Positions 54,601 through 64,000 of a stretch of 64,000 nucleotides of DNA are shown piece after piece (position 1 is the stretch's first letter; every line of letters starts with the position of its first letter). The DNA lies in sequence record PZ445515.1; one strand, written 5' to 3'. Below the pieces are notes generated by a model. It saw only the letters and a program-made list of their open reading frames with translations. It made no database searches and had not been told where the DNA came from. The position numbers were made by a program, and so were the translations under genes. The stretch comes from a phage.

Positions 54601-55020
54601 GTAGGATAACCTGTGGATAAGTCTGTGTAAAAGTCCTTATATCGCCGCCTATCGTGTCAAATTATTTTGTGCTGTGGAAAACATTGTGGATAACTTAAAT
54701 GATAGTGGTTCTCACTTAGACCGATGATTTCTTATAGTTATTATTTCTCATTAATTTATATGTATATTATATATCATGAAATAGTTAGTTAGCTAATGAG
54801 ATTTTCCGTGATTAATAGTCTGCTAATAATTTAAGCCGTTACAATCCACCAGCATGATTATCATCCTAGCAATTATTAGCCTGCTATCTTTCTGATGCAT
54901 ACTAACAAATAAAAGTCAATTAATTTATTTTATAAAATAAGTAGTTATCCACTGGAAAATAAAAGTCAAGTGGATAACTAGGAAAATTTCATTTTTGCTT
55001 TTGGGGATAAGTTATCAACA
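54601..55020. promoter_or_regulatory. DnaA-box cluster II in divergent intergenic region
   Basis: TGTGGATAA at 54612 and 54685, TTATCCAC 54945, GTGGATAAC 54970, TTATCAACA 55012; very AT-rich. Confidence 0.55.
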
Positions 55021-55423
55021 AGGCTAGAATGCGTCTAAAACGCCCTAGAACGCGATGAAGTTTTTAGCCATCCCATCATAAGGGGGCACGCCGTTTATCG
55101 CTGCCACGAGCTTTTTAGATTTTGTCAAGTAGGGCAAAGCAAATATAAATGAAAAAATTACTTGCCTATTTGCTTTATTTTGTGGTATTCGCGCGCCCGT
55201 TTCTTTTAATTTTAGGCCGTCGCCGCACGCCATTCGGTGGATCATGTCTTTACGTTTCTTTACAAAAATAAGGTTGCGCCATTTTTGGTATTTGCTATTA
55301 TTTATCTCGTAGGGCGGCAATGACGAACTACACGGCGGGAAGTTTACCGCCACGCTCTTTAAAAATTGGGTATATCTTAAAGCCTATCGGCGGTAAACTT
55401 ATCTATTATAAGGAATCGACGAT

Positions 55424-55627
55424 ATGAAACAAACTTTATTGATCACTGGTAAACCTAGCAAGGCACTGGATAGCGAAACTAAAAAATTGTTGACAGTAGC
55501 GCAAAGATCGGTAAAATACCGATTCACGCAGTACAAGAAAGGCCGCCAGCAAGGTTTAGAAATGATCTGGCGAAACATTATGATTGACTTGAAAGAAAAT
55601 CATAAAAAACTGCAAAAAATTGTTTGA
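55424..55627 (+). CDS. hypothetical protein
   Basis: 67 aa ORF. Confidence 0.45.
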   Translation: MKQTLLITGKPSKALDSETKKLLTVAQRSVKYRFTQYKKGRQQGLEMIWRNIMIDLKENHKKLQKIV

Positions 55628-55853
55628 CAACCTAGCCGATAGGTTTTAAGATGTACCCAGTTCGATAAGAGCGATAACTTGATAAAATTTGACGGTCGGT
55701 GCTTACCATAATGCGCCCCGCCCCCTAACGGGATATAGCGGCCTACATGGAGTTCTTTAAATTGATTAAACTGGCGAGCGGATTGTTACTTATTACCTGC
55801 TACCTTCTAGCAGGTAATGCGGAACAATCCCCTAAATAACTGGAGTTTATATT

Positions 55854-56105
55854 ATGCAAAACGTTATTACCGCGCCTAAAATTGGTCAATCCGTCTTTAT
55901 TCCTTTCGTTACTAAAACGGATGAATTAACCGGAAAAGCCGAACGTATTAAAGGTGCGGCGCTTATGCCGTTCGATACAATCGACGCGGTATATGCTGAA
56001 AATGAACGCAGTAACAACGGCAAGCCGATTTATAACGTTCGCGTTAAATCCGGCGACGCTGTAAAAGTTATCCAGCGTAACGAAAAATGGGAAGCGGTGG
56101 CATAA
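55854..56105 (+). CDS. hypothetical protein
   Basis: 83 aa ORF with RBS. Confidence 0.5.
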   Translation: MQNVITAPKIGQSVFIPFVTKTDELTGKAERIKGAALMPFDTIDAVYAENERSNNGKPIYNVRVKSGDAVKVIQRNEKWEAVA

Positions 56106-56377
56106 AAATAACCTTCTTTAACTGGTATAAGCACCGCCACAGGTGAACATATCAAGCTACCGTGGCAATTGTGAGCGGCAAATAAAGCGGCTTAAATAGC
56201 GGCTAATATATTCTAAATAGAATAGCTTTAAAGTGTTAACCGAATATACTTGAACTTGCGCGGCGGGTAGTTATTTCTAGAATAACTGAACTCAAGACAA
56301 TATTAGTTGAAAGTATATTCTGATTAACATTTAGTTAATCATTAAATCCCTTAAATTAAACAAATAGGAGTTACATC

Positions 56378-56785
56378 ATGACTAACGCAAAAACCGCAAA
56401 ATTCGCATGGAATGAAGAAAACACTCAGAAAGCTGTTACCATGTACCAGCAGTTAATCAACGAAAACGGTTTAGATTTTGCAAATAGCGACGGCCTGAAA
56501 GAGATTGCAAAAGCAGTAGGCGCGGCCTCCCCCGTATCCGTTCGGTCAAAATTGACCAGTGCAAAAGCCTATCAAAAAAGCGATAAGCCGCGTAAAGTTG
56601 GCGGCGGTAGCTCTGTGCGTAAAGCTCACTATGTGCGAGTAATTGCAAAACACGCTATCGATTCCGGTATTATCAAAGACGCCGATGATCTGGCAAGCCT
56701 TGAAAGTGCTAAACTGGAAACGCTGGACGCGGTGGCGCAACTGTTAGGCGTTGCCGATGAAGTAAAACAAGCCGCAGGCGAATAA
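56378..56785 (+). CDS. hypothetical protein
   Basis: 135 aa ORF with RBS AGGAG. Confidence 0.55.
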   Translation: MTNAKTAKFAWNEENTQKAVTMYQQLINENGLDFANSDGLKEIAKAVGAASPVSVRSKLTSAKAYQKSDKPRKVGGGSSVRKAHYVRVIAKHAIDSGIIKDADDLASLESAKLETLDAVAQLLGVADEVKQAAGE

Positions 56786-56875
56786 TAGTTATACCTTGCC
56801 CCCTCACTAGAAGGGGGCAATAATATAACTGTTTAGCGATAGTTATTTTCTTCCCTTAAATCAGGAGTTTTAAAA

Positions 56876-57073
56876 ATGGTTTTCTTTCCTACTGAATCTT
56901 TAATTCTAGGCTTATTTATTATGGCGGCCTCGTTATTGTTCGCTTATTTTCAAAATGATTTAGATTCGTATTATTTTAAACGTAAATCTAAATTAGCAAA
57001 GCGTTTAGGTCTGATTTGTTTTATTGCCGCCGTTGCTTGTGGTGTTAGTTCTAGCCTAGTGCCTTTAAATTAA
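56876..57073 (+). CDS. hypothetical small membrane protein
   Basis: 65 aa, two TM segments. Confidence 0.45.
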   Translation: MVFFPTESLILGLFIMAASLLFAYFQNDLDSYYFKRKSKLAKRLGLICFIAAVACGVSSSLVPLN

Positions 57074-57163
57074 TGTTGCAAATTATAACGCCTATTATTC
57101 AAGGCGTTATATTTGGCAATATTGCCATTATTAATCTAATCCCTTTAATGGAGTTTTATTACT

Positions 57164-58834
57164 ATGATTATTTCCGCAGAAAAACAAACCGTTATCCTGA
57201 AAATGGCCGCTGACTTTAATTTCTATGGTAAACGTCTGCGCGCTACTAAACTGGAAGTCTGCGACGATATATCAAAAGCGGTCTACGATACAACGAAACA
57301 TTCAACCGCTATCTGCGACTGGCTGGAAGCAAATAAACCAGTTAAACCAAAAGCGGCAAAAGTAGCAAAAGCCATTAAAAACGATGAGCGCCCCGAAGCG
57401 GCGGGGATTGTTTCTAGTACCGTGGAACAGTGGGAAGTAAAACAAGGTAAACGCTTTATTATTACGTCGATTCAGAATAATACTTTCCCGCATAAAAACT
57501 TTTTAGCATCACTGGAGCAATTTGCTAAATATATCGGTGCTGATTTGCTTGTTTCTAAGTATATTTATAATAAAAACGGATTCCAAAATGGAGAAGGTGC
57601 GGATGGAATCAAATATGATTCCGCTTTTGATAAATATATTTGCAGCAAAAACGTGTTTTTAAATAACCGCCGTTTTGCTTTCATGGCTGAAATTAATGTT
57701 TTGCCAACCGCAGATTATCCGCTTTCAGGATTCGCAGAAACTGCAACCGCGCTCAATATTGAGGGGCTTGCGATTGGTCACGCTAAAATTACCGCTGAAA
57801 GTGTGCCAGCTTTAAAAGGTGAAGTAGTGCGCCGCATGTATTCAACCGGAACGGCAACCCTCAAAAACTACATTCAGCAGAAAGCAGGACAAAAAGCGGA
57901 AGCACTGCATAACTTCGGCGCGCTGATTGTTGAGTTCGACGAGGACGGGGAATTTTTTGTACGCCAGCTTGAAACAATGGACGAAAGCGGGGTGTTTTAT
58001 GATCTGAACGTTTGCGCTACTCCTGCCGGATGCTATGAAACATCGGGGCATGTTTTAGGCTTGCAATATGGCGATATTCATGCGGAAAAATTAGATGAGG
58101 AGTGCGCCGCCGCATCTTGGGGGCATGGCGATACTTATGGGCTTGTGGATATTCTTAAACCAAAATATCAGTTTGTACATGACGTGCATGATTTTACATC
58201 CCGCAACCATCATAACCGCGCATCCGGTGTATTCCTAGCAAAACAGTACGCCGCAGGACGTGATAAAGTTCTGGATGATCTTATCGACACGGGGCGCGTG
58301 CTGGAATCAATGGAACGCGATTTTAGTCAAACGATTATCGTAGAATCTAACCATGATCTAGCGTTATCCCGTTGGCTTGATGATCGTAATGCTAACATCA
58401 AGGACGATCCCGCGAACGCGGAACTATATCACCGCCTGAATGCTGCAATTTACGCGGCAATCGGTGAACACGACGAAACGTTCAACGTGCTAGATTATGC
58501 CTTGCGTAACGTCGCAGGTTGCGAGTTTAACGCCATTTTCCTGACCACTGACCAATCTTTCAAGATTGCAGGCATTGAATGCGGCGTACACGGTCACAAC
58601 GGCATTAACGGGAGCCGTGGCAATCCTAAACAATTTAAGAAATTGGGCAAGTTAAACACGGGGCATACGCATACCGCCAGTATTTACGGCGGCGTATACA
58701 CCGCTGGCGTAGCGGGTAGTCTGGATATGGGTTACAACGTTGGCGCGTCAAGCTGGACGCAAACGCATTTAATTACCTATGCAAACGGCCAGCGCACTTT
58801 GATTGACTTTAAGAATGGTAAATTCTTTGCGTAA
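57164..58834 (+). CDS. A1: pre-early protein A1-like (metallophosphatase-fold, host takeover)
   Basis: 556 aa, same length as T5 A1; GDIH, GHGD, SNHD, GHTH metallophosphatase-like motifs; followed by A2- and dmp-like genes. Confidence 0.7.
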   Translation: MIISAEKQTVILKMAADFNFYGKRLRATKLEVCDDISKAVYDTTKHSTAICDWLEANKPVKPKAAKVAKAIKNDERPEAAGIVSSTVEQWEVKQGKRFIITSIQNNTFPHKNFLASLEQFAKYIGADLLVSKYIYNKNGFQNGEGADGIKYDSAFDKYICSKNVFLNNRRFAFMAEINVLPTADYPLSGFAETATALNIEGLAIGHAKITAESVPALKGEVVRRMYSTGTATLKNYIQQKAGQKAEALHNFGALIVEFDEDGEFFVRQLETMDESGVFYDLNVCATPAGCYETSGHVLGLQYGDIHAEKLDEECAAASWGHGDTYGLVDILKPKYQFVHDVHDFTSRNHHNRASGVFLAKQYAAGRDKVLDDLIDTGRVLESMERDFSQTIIVESNHDLALSRWLDDRNANIKDDPANAELYHRLNAAIYAAIGEHDETFNVLDYALRNVAGCEFNAIFLTTDQSFKIAGIECGVHGHNGINGSRGNPKQFKKLGKLNTGHTHTASIYGGVYTAGVAGSLDMGYNVGASSWTQTHLITYANGQRTLIDFKNGKFFA

Positions 58835-58888
58835 TTAAATTATTCCCCTAGCGGCTTGAAATATAGCCGCCATTACAGGAGTCAAAAA

Positions 58889-59146
58889 ATGAAAGTTACA
58901 TTACCCAAAACATTGGACGAAAAAGCATTCATTTCACCGGATGAAATGGAATCCGATAAAGTTTACAGCTTCGGGCCTATCCTAGCCGCCAAAACTAATA
59001 CGGATGGCATTATTTCCATCGATTATCGTGATAATGATGTTGTTCCTTTTGATGACGATGGCGCTTTTTATGAGTGGCTAAGCGATAATAATTTACCCGT
59101 AAACGGTGAATTAACGCCGTACCAGATGCAAATTATTATCAAATAA
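58889..59146 (+). CDS. hypothetical protein
   Basis: 85 aa from ATG 58889 after ACAGGAG. Confidence 0.5.
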   Translation: MKVTLPKTLDEKAFISPDEMESDKVYSFGPILAAKTNTDGIISIDYRDNDVVPFDDDGAFYEWLSDNNLPVNGELTPYQMQIIIK

Positions 59147-59185
59147 ATTAAACCCCCTTATTAAACTAATTGGAGTTTTATAAAT

Positions 59186-59578
59186 ATGAAAAAGCAAAAT
59201 ATTCCATTCGATCGCGCTCAATCCTCAATTGTTCTGGTTTATTCTAATGGCGAACGTTACCACGTCGAGGCGGGGCACGTTATTGATGAATTGTTAGATT
59301 TCAATGACGCCTTGCAGGTTACAACATTTGCATATATGCAGGGCAAACTAACCAGCCATATTAAAGCAAAAGGCGTTTATGTTGACACGATGAAACAAGA
59401 AACAATCATTATTGACGCGGTAAAATCTGGTCTAGCCTTTGCAGTTGTCGCGCCTTGCCCCGCTTGCCTTGATGATCAATTGATCAGTGCAAAAGTATAT
59501 ACTTGTGCGGGGATTCGTTCCAGCGTATCAGGTGAAGATGTTAGTTTTATCGCTGATGCGTTGGCTTATGGTCTTTAA
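59186..59578 (+). CDS. A2: pre-early protein A2-like
   Basis: 130 aa ORF immediately downstream of A1-like gene, as in T5. Confidence 0.5.
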   Translation: MKKQNIPFDRAQSSIVLVYSNGERYHVEAGHVIDELLDFNDALQVTTFAYMQGKLTSHIKAKGVYVDTMKQETIIIDAVKSGLAFAVVAPCPACLDDQLISAKVYTCAGIRSSVSGEDVSFIADALAYGL

Positions 59579-59657
59579 TAGTTGATTTATTATTACCCGC
59601 TTATAAATAGCGGGTAATGCTGAATTAATCTAATCCCTTAAATGGAGAACGTAACAA

Positions 59658-60392
59658 ATGAATAAAGCTATTATGAATATTTCCCGCAGCTTCCCGCATA
59701 TTTCCCGCGTCATGATTTGGGATTTAGACGGCACTATCGTTAATTCTTTCCATCGTGTAGCGCCTTGCTTTGATAATGAGGGCAATTTAGATTTAAATAA
59801 GTATAAGAATGAAGCGTGTAAACATCATTTAATAATGCAGGATACTTTATTACCATTGGTTGAATACATGCGCCAGTGCATGAATGACGCAAATACTTTA
59901 AACATTATTTGCACCGCTCGACTAATGAGCAAGTCGGACTATTATTATTTGCGCAAACAAGGCTTGCGCGGTCGTGGTAATAGTAATATCCGCGTGTTTT
60001 CCCGTGATACACTGCATAAATATTTTGAGGCTGATAAAGTTAGCGAAATATACCACAGCAAGGACGCAGTATATAAATCTTATTATTTTGAATTATTTAA
60101 ACAACTATATCCGAACGCTGATTTTACAATGATTGATGATCATAAAGGCGTGCTATCGGCGGCGGCATCATACGGATTTAAAACGCTGGACGCGCAAGCC
60201 GTTAACGATATTCTATCAATCGGCGTGGCATTAATAGGTGAAACCTTTATTGATGAATCCCTCGATGATGATAATGATTATCAATTCCTAGCTGACCGTT
60301 TGAAATTATGTTGGGAAGGTATGACCGAGGAAGAACGCGCAGAATATAGTTGCAGCCCGCAACAATATATTGAGAAATTAAAAGTTGCGTAA
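59658..60392 (+). CDS. dmp: 5'-deoxyribonucleotidase (HAD family)
   Basis: 244 aa; HAD motif I IWDLDGT and later DD motif; position next to A1/A2. Confidence 0.65.
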   Translation: MNKAIMNISRSFPHISRVMIWDLDGTIVNSFHRVAPCFDNEGNLDLNKYKNEACKHHLIMQDTLLPLVEYMRQCMNDANTLNIICTARLMSKSDYYYLRKQGLRGRGNSNIRVFSRDTLHKYFEADKVSEIYHSKDAVYKSYYFELFKQLYPNADFTMIDDHKGVLSAAASYGFKTLDAQAVNDILSIGVALIGETFIDESLDDDNDYQFLADRLKLCWEGMTEEERAEYSCSPQQYIEKLKVA

Positions 60393-60409
60393 TAATTAAA
60401 GTTAAAATA

Positions 60410-60446
60410 GTTTCATCCTGCAATTAAAATGGTTGCAGGATGAAAC
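60410..60446. terminator. bidirectional hairpin terminator
   Basis: 14-bp stem gtttcatcctgcaa/ttgcaggatgaaac between convergent dmp and minus-strand operon; T-run on minus side. Confidence 0.6.
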
Positions 60447-60556
60447 AGTTACCCTGCTAATAGTAACGGGGGTGGCGGTTAGCAGACTAAGTATTCTCCC
60501 CCAACCCACTGGACACACCTCCATGTGTAATCTTATGAAATTTGGCAAAAGTCAAA

Positions 60557-60802
60557 TTAGCGCATAGAATGGTCATCAAACCTGTGTTCTGGTCTGAACT
60601 CACGGAATCTCTTCCGCGACGCCCGAGATCCGTCCGACCACTCCCGCTCAAACTCCGCACGTTTCTCGTCAAACTTCCGCTCCCTTTCCGCAATCTCCCG
60701 CGATACTTCCGCAATATATTTACGATGCTTGTTGATTGCCGCAGTTGTCCCGAAAACTCCCGCAAGTATCCCGATAATAAAAGCAATTACAATACTAAAC
60801 AT
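60557..60802 (-). CDS. hypothetical membrane-anchored protein
   Basis: 81 aa, N-terminal TM then charged tail. Confidence 0.5.
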   Translation of the reverse strand: MFSIVIAFIIGILAGVFGTTAAINKHRKYIAEVSREIAERERKFDEKRAEFEREWSDGSRASRKRFREFRPEHRFDDHSMR

Positions 60803-60989
60803 CTAATTCCCTCTCAATTTGCAGAATACGGGTGCTATCACAACGTTGCAGTAGTACTAACTTTTCTAGAATAACTTGTTGTTGTTTCACCTGAGCTTCT
60901 AGAGTTTTTAGGCGGAGATACACGATACGAGAGACAATGAGGATTACCCAGACTAATATTACTATTAGTGTAATTCCCACTTCCATCAT
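60795..60989 (-). CDS. hypothetical membrane protein
   Basis: 64 aa, N-terminal TM. Confidence 0.45.
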   Translation of the reverse strand: MMEVGITLIVILVWVILIVSRIVYLRLKTLEAQVKQQQVILEKLVLLQRCDSTRILQIERELDV

Positions 60990-61093
60990 TTACGTTTCTC
61001 CGATAGTAAGGTTTCGATTCTAGCTAAGTGATTATCTAAAATACATTGTCCAATAATCACAATCCCCAGTAATGCAATAATTACCCATTCCAT
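60986..61093 (-). CDS. hypothetical small membrane peptide
   Basis: 35 aa hydrophobic ORF, ATGA-type overlaps both sides. Confidence 0.3.
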   Translation of the reverse strand: MEWVIIALLGIVIIGQCILDNHLARIETLLSEKRK

Positions 61094-61221
61094 TAAATCC
61101 ACCCCGCCATAGCTGCTAACCAAAAACCTACGAAAATAAAGAATAAGATAGTTCCGAATCCAAAACTATTTATCCAGCTATCATATACCTCTCCACGTCT
61201 GGTCTTTCTTTTATTTGACAT
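61093..61221 (-). CDS. hypothetical small membrane peptide
   Basis: 42 aa ORF, basic N-terminus then TM. Confidence 0.3.
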   Translation of the reverse strand: MSNKRKTRRGEVYDSWINSFGFGTILFFIFVGFWLAAMAGWI

Positions 61222-61398
61222 ATCTTTCTTGCTCCAATAAATATGATATTTTAAATTATTTTATAATTTGTGCATAACCAACCATGCTTGTGACTTCCTA
61301 GAAGGACTTCTACTTTTCTTACATAGTGGTTTCTGCCAATATACCATCCAAAAAATAAAAAATTTAGTTTACTTGGATGTCTTTTTGCTTTATACTAA

Positions 61399-61665
61399 TT
61401 ACAGGTAGTTAGATTGCTCTAGTTTAAATTTACAATCACCATATTTAAGGTCAAACTGACTGAGATCCCACCATCCAAACTTAGTACGGAGCTGTACTAC
61501 TGGGAAGCGATCTCCCTTAATACGAACTTTTTGAACCTTGAGGCCGTAATGTTCTTCTCCCGCACCACCAAAAGATTTTACAAATCCAGTACAAAATGGT
61601 TTGGGAGCAGGTGCACAACCAGATAACATAACTGCGGCAACTAGTGCAATCACAAACTTTTTCAT
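61399..61665 (-). CDS. llp: Llp-like lipoprotein (receptor-blocking superinfection-exclusion candidate)
   Basis: 88 aa; signal peptide with lipobox LSGC; divergently adjacent to pb5-like gene as in T5 llp/oad. Confidence 0.6.
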   Translation of the reverse strand: MKKFVIALVAAVMLSGCAPAPKPFCTGFVKSFGGAGEEHYGLKVQKVRIKGDRFPVVQLRTKFGWWDLSQFDLKYGDCKFKLEQSNYL

Positions 61666-61750
61666 ATTTATCTCTCCATTTCTAATTTATGAGTATATTA
61701 TAGCAAAATAGAGAGATGAAAGCAAATACATTTTTATAATAGGAGATTAT

Positions 61751-63508
61751 ATGGGTTTTTTCGCTGGAAAATATAGCGATGGTAAGACCGTACTATCTTT
61801 AAATACTGAATCTGGTGGTGACATTAACCGTCACTATAGTCCAAATAATAATAGTATTTTTCATAGTGATATGCCATTTGTCCTAGTTGATGGTACCTAT
61901 GAGGCGGGACTAGGTAATGCTGGCAACGGCTTTTTTGTATGTCAAATGCCCGCTGACATAATAAATATTAAATCTAATGATCCTGGTAGAGTTATACTAA
62001 CTGCTATTGAGATAAATGGTACTCACAGAGCTTTTCTTAATGGTACTCAGAGTAAGGTAGGTCAAACTATAGTTGCTACTCAGGCAGATCCTTTTAGATC
62101 TTTTGCTAGCGTTTCCCAGACTAGTGGATTTGCATTTGGTAATAGCCTGGCATCCGGGACTTATAATTATAACCCATCTATAGGACATGAAGAATCTATC
62201 TCTAGAAATGGTACTGGTGGAACTACCCTACATAGTACTTATCATGGTATAGTTAGGCCAGGTGCAGGAGCTCCAGTAGGTATTACTGTTGCAGAGGCCT
62301 TTGCACAGTTAGGATTCCCTACTAATAGTAGTACAGTACCTATAGATGGTAATAACCAATATTACTGGGACCCGGGATGGATGTCTCCTTTAGGGTCAGC
62401 ACACAGAGGGCACGATTGGTTTTATGTTTGTAACTCTAACATACGTGGGTATGGTGGGGTAAGACAAGGTCTTCCTGGTAGTGTAAATACTATGTACCAC
62501 GATGGGGGTAACAGATTTGTTTGCAGGGGTTCTACAACTAATTTAGCTAACCAATCTGGTAACGCTACAATATTACAGGATTGGTATAACATAACTCCTA
62601 CTAAAGTTATTTGGTACGTTTTGAATTTAAGATACTCAAATGGTGGTATGAGTATCTCTGGTAATCCTTTTACGGGTTCAGATATTCTTATATCTCCTTC
62701 TAATTTCATAATTAAAGGGGTTAGTCTTCCCAATACGGGTTATAAGTTTATTAATCAGAACGCTTTCGGTAACTTAGGTTATAGACCAGATATGGAATAC
62801 ATTGGAAATAACGCAGCATACACTGGGGCCTTTGGGGATACCACTGCAAGATGTGAACTTGTAGGTTCTAGTAATGGGAGTTTATGGTCTCCTGTGGACT
62901 ACGGAGGGGCTAAGTCTCAAATTAGTATTTACAAATTCGGAGCTGGTAAGCAATGGTACGTAAACTCTAATGATAATACTATCGGTAATGAACACGGGGT
63001 TGTTTGGGGGCCTTCAGCAGTTCCACTACGACTTTTTAGCGGAAATGTTGGTAGTTCTTACATGGGGGATGATATTACTCCCAGCTATCCAGGAACTGGA
63101 GATAGATACGTTGGTTTATCAACTATTGGGCTAGGTATACCGAGTGGCAATGCTACAGTAATTCTTACCACTGAAGTTATATCAGGTAACCTTAACTGTG
63201 CAGGTGTTCCTGCTAATACATGGAATAACGGTGTGTTTCAAGTGCAAGGAAGAAGAGCATATAGTTATAGTAATGGAGACGCGATATTCCACCAGATTTT
63301 AACATTACCAGTAGGGTATTTAGTACCTTTTCATACTACATCTGCTTTTAGATACACACCTAACAATGCCCTAAGTAGAAATAGTTTTATATATACTGCT
63401 AAAAATCTAGGAAATGGAAATGTAGAGTTAGGGGTAGTTATGCACGTAAGTTTAGGTAGCGCAGTTTTCCTACCTAGACTAAGAGTAACAGTTCAACGCC
63501 TTACCTAA
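61751..63508 (+). CDS. oad: receptor-binding tail protein pb5-like
   Basis: 585 aa, G/N/S/T-rich; AGGAG RBS; paired with llp-like lipoprotein gene. Confidence 0.55.
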   Translation: MGFFAGKYSDGKTVLSLNTESGGDINRHYSPNNNSIFHSDMPFVLVDGTYEAGLGNAGNGFFVCQMPADIINIKSNDPGRVILTAIEINGTHRAFLNGTQSKVGQTIVATQADPFRSFASVSQTSGFAFGNSLASGTYNYNPSIGHEESISRNGTGGTTLHSTYHGIVRPGAGAPVGITVAEAFAQLGFPTNSSTVPIDGNNQYYWDPGWMSPLGSAHRGHDWFYVCNSNIRGYGGVRQGLPGSVNTMYHDGGNRFVCRGSTTNLANQSGNATILQDWYNITPTKVIWYVLNLRYSNGGMSISGNPFTGSDILISPSNFIIKGVSLPNTGYKFINQNAFGNLGYRPDMEYIGNNAAYTGAFGDTTARCELVGSSNGSLWSPVDYGGAKSQISIYKFGAGKQWYVNSNDNTIGNEHGVVWGPSAVPLRLFSGNVGSSYMGDDITPSYPGTGDRYVGLSTIGLGIPSGNATVILTTEVISGNLNCAGVPANTWNNGVFQVQGRRAYSYSNGDAIFHQILTLPVGYLVPFHTTSAFRYTPNNALSRNSFIYTAKNLGNGNVELGVVMHVSLGSAVFLPRLRVTVQRLT

Positions 63509-63518
63509 AGGAGGAAAT

Positions 63519-64000
63519 ATGGCAAATGATGTATTAGTACCAGATCTTATGTCCCCTGAAGGGATGGATGTAATTGAAGCTTATTTACAGTGTGGGAGTG
63601 ATGTGCCTTCTGCCGCACGTAGTCTTGGAATGTCAGAAACTGCTTTTCGAGATATTATGAATCGTAGTGAAGTTAAGAATTACTTGAACGATATTTTTAT
63701 GGAGAGTGGATTCCGTAACAGAGATCGTTTGTTTGGTGTTCTAGATGAAGTTATTAAACGTAAGCTGGAGGAACTGGAAGAAACTGGCATGGGTTCTGAC
63801 CAGGATATTATGGATATTCTCTGGAAAGCACATAAAATGAAAATGGAAGAAATGAAAATGATGGTAGAACTGGAAAAAGTAAAGGCAGCAGCCCGTACTC
63901 CCGCTAACCAGACCAATATCCAGAATAACATTATTGCTGGAGCTGGGGATCAAAACTACATGGACTTAATTACTTCCCTGGCTACTGGAGGTAAGAAGTA
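63519..64000 (+). CDS. HTH DNA-binding protein, possible terminase small subunit (partial, runs off window)
   Basis: N-terminal HTH-like segment [16 protein letters not shown]; RBS AGGAGG; no stop in window. Confidence 0.35.
   Translation, partial: MANDVLVPDLMSPEGMDVIEAYLQCGSDVPSAARSLGMSETAFRDIMNRSEVKNYLNDIFMESGFRNRDRLFGVLDEVIKRKLEELEETGMGSDQDIMDILWKAHKMKMEEMKMMVELEKVKAAARTPANQTNIQNNIIAGAGDQNYMDLITSLATGGKK

Noticed and set aside
55045-55353. 102-aa minus-strand ORF in the DnaA-box intergenic region
   Set aside because: No RBS, overlaps AT-rich promoter region between divergent operons; weak coding appearance
61997-62733. Minus-strand ORFs 61997-62188 and 62422-62733
   Set aside because: Antisense within the pb5-like gene
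1-64000. Integrase, transposase, toxin-antitoxin pair or restriction-modification genes
   Set aside because: Looked for recombinase motifs, terminal inverted repeats and small paired ORFs; none recognisable; the element reads as a strictly lytic phage

Overview
This window reads as a T5-like (Tequintavirus-type) lytic siphophage genome segment, on the strand opposite to the usual T5 map. All calls rest on reading the six-frame translations and motifs by eye; no database search or RNA folding was run. From left to right: (1) early-region nucleotide metabolism genes (nrdD, phoH, nrdA, nrdB, frd, thyA, rnh, later a dNMP kinase); (2) a roughly 12 kb tRNA island (19.7-31.6 kb) with about 25 tRNA genes that all encode their 3' CCA, interleaved with small ORFs, each unit behind a stereotyped TTGCTA-17bp-TATAAT promoter; (3) a lysis cassette (T4-type holin, L-Ala-D-Glu endolysin, a possible spanin pair 2 kb upstream); (4) from about 49.4 kb a GC-richer block that I interpret as the collapsed terminal repeat, carrying injection-stop-signal-like repeat arrays, two DnaA-box clusters and the pre-early genes A1, A2 and dmp; (5) the start of the late region with an llp-like lipoprotein, a pb5-like receptor-binding protein and a partial HTH packaging-type gene. 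The most interesting items are a NADAR/YbiA-family gene (possible anti-DarT counter-defence), a GrcA-like glycyl-radical spare-part gene, a Sir2-like/HAD/paralog cluster next to nrdD, an opposite-strand pair of low-complexity proteins inside the tRNA island, several structured non-coding blocks behind strong promoters, and the repeat/DnaA-box architecture of the terminal-repeat block.
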